From: Lingula anatina
Taxonomy: Eukaryota; Animalia; Brachiopoda
Direction: 5' to 3'
NCBI GenBank assembly: GCA_051362555.1
Contig: CM120640.1
Coordinates: 23,174,225-23,238,224 of the forward strand
DNA: 64,000 nucleotides
The notes beneath the pieces were generated by a model. That model ran no database searches. It saw nothing but the letters and a program-made list of their open reading frames with translations, and was not told the DNA's origin. Below, in pieces: positions 12,247 to 23,462 of this stretch (position 1 is its first letter; every line of letters starts with the position of its first letter). The position numbers were made by a program, and so were the translations under genes.

Positions 12247-15180
12247 ATTTAAATGAAAAAAAGGAAATGCTGCTGACAATGTATCATCATGTCTTTTTAA
12301 CTTGCCTGCTGTTGTTAGCGGGGCAGCGCTGACAGACATCTGTGACAGCTGTGTGGCAGCCATATTAACTGAGACAAAGTTGGGGATGGGAATCAAAGCA
12401 TATGTCTGAGGACTAGGTCTTGGAAGTATTGGTGCTGGTGCTAAAATGAAAAAAAAAAATGCAGTGTAGATAACAGCAGTTATAAGGCGAAAAATTATGC
12501 AGTCTATTTCATTATTCATACTATATTGACAGAATAACATTAGGCAAAAAATATAAACAGTATAAAATAACAGATTTCTATTCATTTTGCATTGACCTCA
12601 GCATGACCCTGCCTGCATATTTTCTGTCTTATCCAAAATCCAAAAAGTTTTTGCTAACCATCTAAAGAAAATATCTAAAATAGTTTGGAAAATTACATAT
12701 GACAGCCTGAGCCTTGCATCAGTATGTTAGTTTAAAAAATAAGAAATTAGAAGTCTCACTATTAGTTAGCTTTTGTGCATAACTCTTAAATCAGCATAAT
12801 TAAATGTTCAAATTAAAAAAAAAAGTGCATCATGAATCCTAAACCCAGGGCACCATTTTGAGAGCCATACCAAACTAACTACCTTTTCTCAGCCCTGTTT
12901 TGGAAGAATTGTATCTTGTACATGTCCTTTGCCCTAGCACACCCCCTTGGACTTGCAGGGGGTTTGCCCGAGAGGGGGTGGAGGTGGCCACTGGAGTTGG
13001 CTGCGAGGAGCCAGGAGAGTTGGTCACAGATTCAAATAACACACAGGATGTATCAGCATCAGCTCTAGATGGTGCTACAATGAATATCACATCAAACTTC
13101 AATTGCTGTTAGTGAGCACACCCAGTCTTGATTAGTTTCCCTTATAAGTTGTCAGATATCTTATAAAGTCAACTTTTTGAATAAGGCAGCACAGGCACAA
13201 TGTTAAACAGTTAATTGCAAACATACTCCATTTCAAATAATTTTCTATTAAGAAATAAAATGCGTGTGCAAAAGTACGTGTTACATATAGACAGGATACT
13301 AAAAAAGCAAAATGTGTCAAGTGAGGGTCCACAGCACAACCCTAAGGAAACACTAACAAATTCTGTACCTGTGACAGCAAACTCTGGAGGTGGTCTAAAA
13401 CTGGAGCAGTCTGATGCAAGGGTCCAATAGGAACCATGCTTTCCTGGGGCTGTAGTCTTCTCACGCACAAACAAATCATATAATGACAAATTGTGGCGTA
13501 TTGAATTCTGAAAAAAATAAAAATAAATGAAATAAAATAAATAAATAATAAAATAACTAAATAAATAATCAGATCAGTTGACCTTGATAATGATAGTGGC
13601 TAATTTTTTTTTTATTAACAAATTAAATGTTTGATAAACAGGGTTTATTATCTTTCAGCTAAGCAGAGGAGGCCATTTTAACTGGATTATTATTTATAAC
13701 AGACCATTTAACATATTTAAGTTACAGTAGACATTGCTGTTTATTACCTTCCAACCTTGCTTGGCAGTGTGCTTGTAAAATGGGAAGGTATTTTCAATCC
13801 AATGATAAATTTCCCTGAGAGTCATCCTCTTGTCCTCTTTGCTGTTAATGGCCATTTGGATCAGATGCATATAGGAGTAGGCTGGTCTTTTGTGAGGACC
13901 ACACTCTCGATTCATCTGGAAAAGAAAATAACAGCATTCTATTCAGTTTTGCTTTGATGGTTTTATAAAGTGTCAGTATTCAAGAACAAAAAGAATGAAC
14001 TTTCTTGTTTAAGAACCATTTAGTTTTCTTTTTTTTTTCTGTTTTATACAAATAAAAATGTCTAAATACCTGTTATCAAATTAATAAAACACTCTAAAGA
14101 CAATAATAAAACAGCATTTAAAATTCCAGTTTGTACTTACTTTCTTCACATCTTTATCCGTAGTATAATGTTTGGTGGGAGCTTTGTTTATCTTGGCAAA
14201 GTTGTCTCCTGTCATGTCCCCCAACCAGTGAATGTTGGTCAGAGACTCGTCCAAAATGGTTGGGGAATTTCCTAAACAAAATAATTTTCAGTACTGATAA
14301 AAAAAAGAATTGATTGAATATAAATAAAGCTTATTTTCAAGAAAAAAAATAATAAGTTATCTAATTTCTTCTACTTAGTCAACAGAACCTCATTACAATT
14401 CTAAGATATGCTTAGCAAGAGCTAACCAGCTTTCATAATTTCAAATAAGAAAGATACATGAAGATGTTATTCTTCTTCCTGCCTAACTGACCTACCTGCT
14501 TCTTGGCATATCATATTTTGGTCTTTACTGAAAGTTGTTATTGGAGAGTTTTTCTTGAAGTCAAATGCTGTGGATCCTGTCTTGATTCCTCCATTGGAAA
14601 ACATGGGCAAACCTTCATAAGCAACTTGAGGCTCCCCAATTTTAGTGATCTCAATGACAGTCTCTTGCAGCTTGCTTTCTTCAGTCACAATGTGACCATC
14701 ATTTGCTAAGTTACTTTCATTTGCATGTTGTTGGATATCTTTGTTAATAGATTCCAGAGCTCTGGACCTAAGATTGGATGACTTCTCTCCAAGGGGTACA
14801 ACAACAAGTTTCTTCATGTACTGCCCCTTGTTGCTGTTGATAATACTGGGGGTTGATGTTGTGTTGATATTTCCTGTGCCAACTAACGAAGAGTGAACGA
14901 ACTTCTGGCATTCAACAGACTGCTTTTCCTGATAACCTGCCGCTTGCTGCTGTGAGGGTACGACTGTCAGATGCCACTGCCCTTTACTTACAGCGTTACA
15001 TGCTGTACTCTGATCAGTGATATAATTGTTGTTTGTTTGAACTTCTGTCAAATTTGTGTAATTTGGGTAATGGTTGGATGACGTACCATGGTGTTCTTCT
15101 GTCCCTCGTTCATGGTTAAGAACTACAACAAACGTCTTCCTGGCTATGTCACCTTCTGGTTCTTGTCCACAGATGTTCAT
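11064..15180 (-). CDS. FOXM1: Forkhead box protein M1 (~789 aa, 7 coding exons)
   Basis: Exons 15180-14496, 14271-14141, 13915-13748, 13507-13369, 13074-12883, 12440-12306 (GC donor) and 11983-11064 sum to 2370 nt in frame. FoxM1 hallmarks: LDESLTNIHWLGDM before the forkhead; forkhead KRPAYSYMHLIQMAINS..MTLREIYHWIENTFPFYK..WKNSIRHNLSLYDLFVRE..GSYWTL; HVKIAP; many SP/TP CDK sites (TPPK, STPYK, SPIK, TPIK); C-terminal NQSFSKIFADM. Confidence 0.93.
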
Positions 15181-15499
15181 TCTAGTTGCCTGACCTCGAA
15201 TTAAATGACAAATAAAAATACATCACTGGTAACATGAATTACCCTAGCATAACTATAACAAAATAATAGTACCAAAGTAAGAAACAACTCCGAAATTTGG
15301 TGAAATGGGAGTGAGTGCTCACAATGATATCAGTCAGTTGTATTTTATTAAAATTCCTTTGCCTGAAATCTTAAGGAATTTATTGCATTCAAAATTCTCA
15401 TGCTTTCAAAAATGACAGACAAGCGAAAATGTTCGAAAAATACTTACTATTCAGGTTTTTAAAAAATGTTTTAATCCTATCGAGTCATCTTGACCCAGA

Positions 15500-15610
15500 T
15501 CTTTTCAAATGTTTGACACCGTTCGAAATGGGACCAATCGCGTCGTTTGATTTCTTATCGCGAGAAAGCACGAGACATACCATAAAGTACGTATATTTCT
15601 ATTGGTCAAG
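15500..15610 (-). promoter_or_regulatory. FoxM1 G2/M-type promoter: CHR elements plus CCAAT boxes
   Basis: TTTGAA (minus strand, 15509-15504), TTCGAA at 15522-15527, CCAAT at 15534-15538 and ATTGG at 15601-15605. These lie just upstream of a candidate 5'UTR exon whose gtaagt donor is near 15450. Confidence 0.6.
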
Positions 15611-16846
15611 TTTGAGGGAAACCCAAACGATTAACTAACCAAAACACGTTTAGCATTTGGCTATAAACGCGTGTAATAATTTTTAAAAACCCGGAAGCTG
15701 TCGAAGTGGAATGACACAATAGGGCTATCGGATGTCCAGTTAGAAGATTTTAAACTAATCGTAACTTCATTAGAGAATTTCAAATGTACGATAAAAATAA
15801 TGAATAAACAGTGTCAAAGAAAAAAAAGGAAAAAATTAAAGTGGAATGAAATCTTTTTTATATGGTGCTGGTAGACCCTAATACACTCTTAAACGGCCCG
15901 AAATGCTAAGTTATGTTTATATTTGATGTGTAAATAGTATTGTGTTTCATATTAGTTATTTCCATTCTTAACACCCATTTGTTCATACCGTTCGTATGAG
16001 ATTCACATTTCACAATAAATATATACCGTAAACAACTCACAGAAACATGAAATTGATATATTCCATTTTACCACAAAAATCACAATTATTCTTGAATCTG
16101 TGCTTCCCATCAGACCATGTGGACCTTCATAGATAGCTATTCCTCAGTATTAATCTCTTAATTGAGAGATAATTAAAAAAACTTTTAGGAATAAAAAGAC
16201 GGACTAATTTTGAATGTTGGAGTGGATTCATTAACCATTGGTAACATTTTATGGGAAAATTGTTGTTTACCCCCGGAGAATCCCTTTTTTTTTGGGGGGG
16301 GGGCAGAGTTGTTAGTTGTTATCCCTTTCATATTCTAGTAATGTTTGTTTGTCTAGTAATCTTGAATCCTGAAATTATTAATAATTAACTATTAGTCATT
16401 CAATAGATCACCACCAAAATCTGATTGTTTCTTACTTGGTCAACTCCAGTTAGTTTATGAATGTTTTATCAATATTTGTCCACAATTTTCTCATAATGTT
16501 GCTAACTGACAGGTAAACAAAACCGAACCAAAATCTCCTTGTTAGGGGTTGAACTCACAAGTCTGAAAAACACTGAGTATGTAGTTTGATGATTCTGAAA
16601 TTTTGTGTTTTCCTGCACAGTACATTGAAAATACAATTTTTTGTTTGGCTGAGCTTATATCTGTTCTTTTCAAAGCACACAAAAATTTATATAAAGTTAA
16701 TGAATGTAGAAATAATCATAAAAATTGTCTTTAAAATTATTCTCAGTTATATCTAAAACTTCTGTTTTGAACAAATTATTAATTTGGTGCCTGTTTTGAA
16801 AAACAATTTTGAATTTTCTTTTTATTTGGGAGTTATCAATTAAGTG

Positions 16847-16849
16847 CTC

Positions 16850-16933
<84 letters not shown>
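16847..16933. repeat. Compound microsatellite (CT)n(CA)n
   Basis: Directly visible dinucleotide runs. Confidence 0.97.
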
Positions 16934-16934
<1 letters not shown>

Positions 16935-17130
16935 AAGAAAGAAAAAATAAACAGCCTGGAATTAGAAAAAAATTCAGAGATAACTTGATTTGCATTTGCA
17001 AATATACGTTTATTACTTTATCTACGACGAGTGCTGCATAGAGCGTGTTCTCTCTCGAAAACACTATTTGTTTGGCGTATCTTGGTTGTTTTTTTTTGCG
17101 CAATCTTTTGGGCCGAAGGAAGAAAAGTAG

Positions 17131-17356
17131 GTTGCTGTTGACAACCATAGATAAGTCCGCGCCTTCTTTATTTTAATATTCAACACCAAAACTTATAAAA
17201 ATAAATGAAAATAACTATGTATTATGAACAAAATACACACTTATAATGGTATAAATGCCAACATTGTGTATTTAAGCAGATCACGACATATATCGATCGC
17301 ATCTATTTGTTAGTGCGCATGTATGGAGTCTGGTTGCGAGGTGGCACACGTAAACA
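17131..17356 (+). promoter_or_regulatory. RFX X-box-like element and forkhead (FoxJ1-type) motif upstream of the ciliary gene
   Basis: gttgctgttgacaac at 17131-17145 (X-box-like palindrome) and GTAAACA at 17350-17356, within ~320 bp of the CIMIP2C ATG. Confidence 0.45.
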
Positions 17357-17453
17357 ATCGCGGCGTGGAAACGGGAAGTGTGTTCATTTGTCATATACCT
17401 TTCGTGCAATTTCTTGAAAATACTAGGATTTAATTGTGTCATCAAGATCCAGT

Positions 17454-20400
17454 ATGTCGAGAAGTGCCGGGACATTAGTAACAACCCACAACGCCACTTA
17501 TATTCCTCCAAGATTTATGCCAGGGTAAGTAAAACCCAAATAGTCTTTGCCGTCTTGTTGCCGCGTAGTGTATTTGCCTAATAGAGGCTATATGGTTTAG
17601 CCGTATTGCTTAAGCCCAATTAATTTTGTTTATAAACCTATACGATTGTTTTATCAACTCCTGTAATCCCTTTTTATATTTGTTCTTTCAAAATACCCCC
17701 AAAATATAGGCCCAGTGGACATTATCTCATTAAAATAATAATATGAAATTAAAAAAGATAAATAAATAAAAATAAGATGTCAAAAATTAAAAAAATTACA
17801 TTATATTTCTGATATCTTTAAAATGTTTATATTATTTAGCAAAAGTTAAAAAAAAGTTTGGTCCTTGTTATTTTTACATCAACCTGGCTGTGCATTACCT
17901 TAATTATCATACCAGAACAGAATGTGGTAATTTTAAAAGTTTTAGGCACTTTACTGACAATTCACAGTTGCAAATAACAAACAAATTGAAGTTTCTTAGT
18001 TTTGGTATTATATGCTACATAAATGCAGTAAGTATCTAGCATATTTATAAGTCCAATGACTGAGGCAACAAAATAGAAGGCATGGGAAAGATTATAAATA
18101 GTTGGTTGTAATAAGTAGCAGTCCGTGTTAAAATTACATATCAAGCAAAATCAACCATTACTGTGCCATTACTTCAATAGCTAGAGTAACAGATTTTAAT
18201 GAAGTGCCCAAAATAATCCCATTCTGTAATTTCTTTCAGATACCGTGGTCACTGTCCAGCCCTGAAGTTTGACTATGGAGAGACCTATGGCAACGCCACA
18301 GCAAAATACTTCCAGGACTACAGATCAACAGTGCTGAGCAGCTCCCAGAGTGTGTGGTGCAAGGGTGGCAGGTTCCCTACATACTACACACACGACCCCT
18401 CTTCTGTAATAGGAGCTAGGACACGTACAAGAGACAGGTGGTTGGATGCTCCCAAGTACAGACTCTATAATGTAGACCATGATAGAAATGAGGAACTTAA
18501 GCAATTTGATAAGGTCAGTTTTGATCCCTTTCAATTACCCCCACACTTAAATCTAGAAAAATATAGACAAAAATTAATAGGATACTGATGTTTCAGTGCT
18601 TTAAATGGATATTTTATTTATCTTGGAAGTTATGTAAACCAGGTGTTACTTTGAGATATTAAATCATTGTGACATTCATCTAATTTACTGACTAATGATA
18701 TTTAAGAAAGCATTCAAAAGTGTTGTTTTTTTCCCTTTAGCTTGCCCAGAAACACAGAGAACACTTCAATGACAAGAGTGCTACAGTAAAGCGTGTAGAT
18801 GCATTCATGTTACCAGTCAAGGCTGAAGATCAGTTTAAACAGCATGTACCATTGTAAGTACGGGTGTGCTGGTCTTTTTCTCTGACTCACCTGCTGTTGA
18901 TGTCATTGCTTTGTTGACACTGATCTGAGTGGAGTTCGTCAAACTGACTACACTGGCTGATATTATTTATCATTTCAAGTGTTGGAATAAAGTGGAAACT
19001 GTTTCATTATTTTTTTTTTTAGGTTTGATGAATAATACTGTGTACGTGTTTTTGATAAGAGTGATGCATAGTGTAAAACATTCAGAAACAACTACAACTG
19101 AACAAAGTTTTTGAGTTAATTAATAAATTTTGATTTTTATCACTTCATCTCATGCTAACAACAGTGACTAAGAATCACTATATACACCTCTGTGTTTTGT
19201 ATACTAACTGTTTGTTTGTAATAGTAAAGTAGAATTGTTGTATTTTTGACATTCATGTAATAGTTATAAATGAGTCATGAAAAGGTAAAAAATGTCCATG
19301 AGATGGACATTTATTAATGTATTAGACAACACCACTGAGCTATGGTGGTTGAATATAGGTGCTGTTCATGTATATGCAGATACAGACTTGTTGCAATAGC
19401 TAATCCTTTAAGTCATTTTCCAAATTGATAATGTGTGTACAAAAGAATTTGTGAGACAGGCTGATAGTTCAGGCACATGTCGGTCAGACTCTATATAAAA
19501 GATTATTTAACAAATTAATTTCAGGTTCTGCAAGTTTTGAAATTTAGCCATCTATAAAATTGAATTGGTGTCATTAAATAAAAAATTATGTTTTGAACAA
19601 TCAAAGTGTTTCTTGCTAACTTGCTGCTAAATGTTCTTATTGGCAATATGTATAGCTTATAATAAACCAAAGACTTTTGATGACTAAATGTGTTTGCCTT
19701 TTCTGCCATATATATTGTAGTGATGAATGGGGATGTAATTTAGGAAGTGCTATTTTTCCTCTTCAAAATAATAATAATAATAATTTTGCATAATATCACT
19801 GAATGCCTATAAAATGTTTAATATGACTTTTGGAAATGGTTATGGTTTTGCTTAGATATTATCAAAATAAATTCCTTGTTTACAAAATCATACATGCTTT
19901 CTAAGCATCATCTAGCAATTATTCTATAAATGTTCACTGAAAAGTGCTGTAGAACTTTCTTCACACACTGTGCCCAGATGTATTACAGGTAAGAATATGG
20001 ACACCTAGCATGATTTAAGTGTGGCAATGCTAGTCCGGAAAAGATTTAGTTACATGTACATGTAGTTGCATGCATATAGTATTTATCATTGTGACCACCT
20101 GCAAATAGCTGGTGGTGCCTGCATTTATATACCCTTTACCTTACTCCAAAGTTGTCTGCATATTCTGCATATTTTGCCCCTTCATGTAACCTTTTTATCA
20201 ATGCTCTTCACAAACTGCATTCAAATTTGGCTGACAGCCATGTTTAGGTTACTTTGAGTCTGCCTGATCTTGGATTCATGTGCTGCGATTTCACAGGTAT
20301 GGCAGTCATTAGCAAACTTTAACCAAATAATCTTTATAACTTTGTTGCTGCTTAGGGTTAGAGGTCCTTGTAGAGCGATCCAAGCGAAATAGTTATGTCA

Positions 20401-21533
20401 GTGTTTTCTCTTTTATATTGATTTTTAATGAATATAATAACTTCACAAAGGTTGGATTTTTAAAAATATTTTTAGATTATTGCTTTGTCCCAATTCAGAT
20501 GACAAAACATACAGTGATCACAAAATCTTTTCATCTTCAATATGCTCTTGCTCTTGTTAATATGCCTTTGAGTGGCATAGGCCAATTAATATGTTCAATA
20601 CAGTTGGTGGTACACATATCAGAAGCTTCCATACCTCTCTGTTCCTCTAGGTTTTTAAAAGCTTTTAGCAGGGGATTAGTGGTTATATTAGATGTGTCAA
20701 TATATTGCATATTTGGCAGATCCTGCTTTTAATAGATTTGTGCAGTTACAGTAGAGATACAGTGTAGTAATTTGGTGTACCGGTAGAGCCCATATGCAAT
20801 ACTTCAAGATTATGCTTTATCATTTATGTATTCTTTAACAGTGGTTTATTGCTTGCAGAAATCAATCACACTTAATTTATCAGCAGATTTTAGGACATAC
20901 TTTTTAATTTCTTATTTATCATGACATAATGTTGCACTTTGACGTATCATTGCACTTTGACCCAGGTAAAGTTATTACTTGTATGAACATATATATTCCT
21001 AATATGTAGTTTTATTTTGGTCTTCAGCACCGTTTATTTGACTTATGCTAGTAGTAGAAATTTTTGTACTTTTAACTTGCATGCATGTTATGTAGTATTA
21101 ATGTAGTATAACTGTAATTCTCACATTGTTTTCACAAAAAAATTTCTCATTTCTCTTGAGCACTTTTTCAATTATACACATTTTTATTTTGCCTCCTGCA
21201 ATTCACACATTACTCAAATTTCAAAGTAAAAATGGATTTAGTTTCAAAATATTTTGAAAAGTTTTTCTTAATGCACATAATAACTGAACAGCTAAGCTTT
21301 TATCAAATTTTACTAGAAAAAAAACATTATAACTTTAAAGATTTTATAGATATTATTATGAATTTTTTTATCACATTTTTTTCAGCATGATTCTGTCAAC
21401 GCGTCACACAGATGACATTTTCTTACCGGACATTAAGAACCTGTCCAACAGAGATCCACTTATCAAGAGGATAGTACCAAAATCCAATGTTAGGGACAGA
21501 GCAATGAGAGATGTGGTCTTTGAGAGGAGATAA
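17454..21533 (+). CDS. CIMIP2C: Ciliary microtubule inner protein 2C (FAM166C / C2orf70 homolog), 201 aa, 4 exons
   Basis: Exons 17454-17524, 18240-18513, 18741-18853 and 21386-21533 total 606 nt in frame: [96 protein letters not shown]. This matches the C2orf70 N-terminus (SRSAGTL..PPxxMPGYxGH) and C-terminus (RDxxFExR). Confidence 0.93.
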
Positions 21534-22454
21534 AAATGCATGCAAACTCTTCCACAATTTTGGTAAACATCAAGCATGTAGCATCTGCCATTAGATAGCC
21601 ATGACATTGAAAAGGGAATGGGGAGCCAGGTACAATTTTTTAGGCGATACACTTTATGGCTCTGGCATTATTAACAGACTCTTGATTTTCCTTTGTTACT
21701 ATGATTAATCATTTGCTAAGAGTATGAAATGCTGAAGTCCAATCTTGGAACTATATTGAAGATTTGAGAAATATGTGGTGTCTCATCTTTCATATTGTTG
21801 GACTTTGCAACCTTTTTTCCTAAGTCAAAAAATATATCAACAAGTTCAGTAGCTGGGAAGCAGTCTCAAATTAATGATTTTGTAAGATTGCTAACAAGAT
21901 CTATTTCTGATCTAACATTTTGTCAATTTTGTAAGTGGAATTTACATCTCTGTTTCAATGATGGTGATAAAAAAACAATCTGAATTGATATTACATTAAA
22001 GGAAGGAATTGCCTATTTAAAATGACCAGAATTTAAATGTGGTTCAAAATATTTTGCTCAGTCTTAACAATTCTTGCTCATCATAAGCCAAATATTTTAA
22101 ACCTCTATTTCATTTTATATCATAGCTTGACAATTGCTCATAGAAGTGAATCTCATTATTTCTGTTTAAATTGTAGTAGACAATATATACGAAGATTTTT
22201 TTTCAATAATTTAGCAATTAAGAGGTACAATGTACTTGTAATGCTCAGTTGCATTTTGTTTAGGCAATACTCTATGAAATCGAACACTTTCAGACTGACT
22301 ATTAATATATGTGATATTATGTGTAGTGATTCAAGTGCTTTCAATTTGTGTACTTTAAATTACTTATATTTTTTCTATTTAGATTAAAATGAATAAAATT
22401 AGGGATTTAAAATAAAGGTGTTTTCACTGATTGTTATTTTTTACAGAGTGTTTT

Positions 22455-22457
<3 letters not shown>

Positions 22458-22523
<66 letters not shown>
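22458..22523. repeat. (TA)n microsatellite between the converging 3' ends of CIMIP2C and CIB
   Basis: About 33 TA units, flanked by AATAAA on the plus strand (22392) and on the minus strand (22622-22617). Confidence 0.97.
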
Positions 22524-22525
<2 letters not shown>

Positions 22526-23462
22526 TTAACATGCTAGCACTATTTCCATGATTAAAGAAAAGTGTTCAGCAAAACTTAAAGTTATGATAAGTACTAGTTG
22601 TGTTGTAATAAGTTATTTTATTTACATATTTTAATGTGTTAAAATATGACGAGATAAACAGAATGATGATACCAAACATGATATACTTTCTCAAATGGAA
22701 CCATTCACTATTCCACAAAGATGTGGTTTTAACATTTTGTGATTTATATGAAATTTTTGGTAAAATAGTCATATAAACAGTTACATGGAAGACAAAACGA
22801 AAAGAGTTCATGAAAATCATAAAATCCTTATCACCTGAATGCATTACATTTTAATGCATTACATTTAATTAAAATGCATAAAGATAAATAAATTGTCGAT
22901 TAACAATAATGATTCAGTAAAAAAAGCAAATGAACAGATTTAATTATGTATCTGTATGACATAGAATAAAGTATGAATAAATTCTAGCACAAAATGAAAA
23001 TAGAGATTTCATAATATAATTACAATTTGTCTTGAAACCTTCAATGAGTTCATTAAACATATCCATTTTTAGCTGTACGGCTTTTATGTAAGATACAACA
23101 TATGCACTGCAGTCTACAAACTTGTTCAAATGTATTTAATTAAAATTACCTCACAACGTTAAATGAAAACCATTATTGGCTTTGAATATTTACTAACTAG
23201 TCCAATTTCCATTTTGTATCATTATATATCAGTGGAAAATTAGATTTACAACTAGTATTAGTAATGTACCTTGGATAATACTGACACACAACTGCAAAAG
23301 ATAAATCCACTTGAATTCAAAACAGAGAAAAACTCTTACAACTCTTTCGGTGATCTTATTTCTATTCCTTCAGAAAATGCAGTCTTGAATAAGCAATTGT
23401 GTTAACAAATTCTCTTTGCTGTTAACTGATTCCAGTGGGCAACAGAAGTAGTCCATGTAAAT

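Noticed and set aside
16330-16545. Possible Helentron/HINE-like repeat remnant
   Set aside because: The resemblance is from memory only, and the sequence is too degenerate to define ends.
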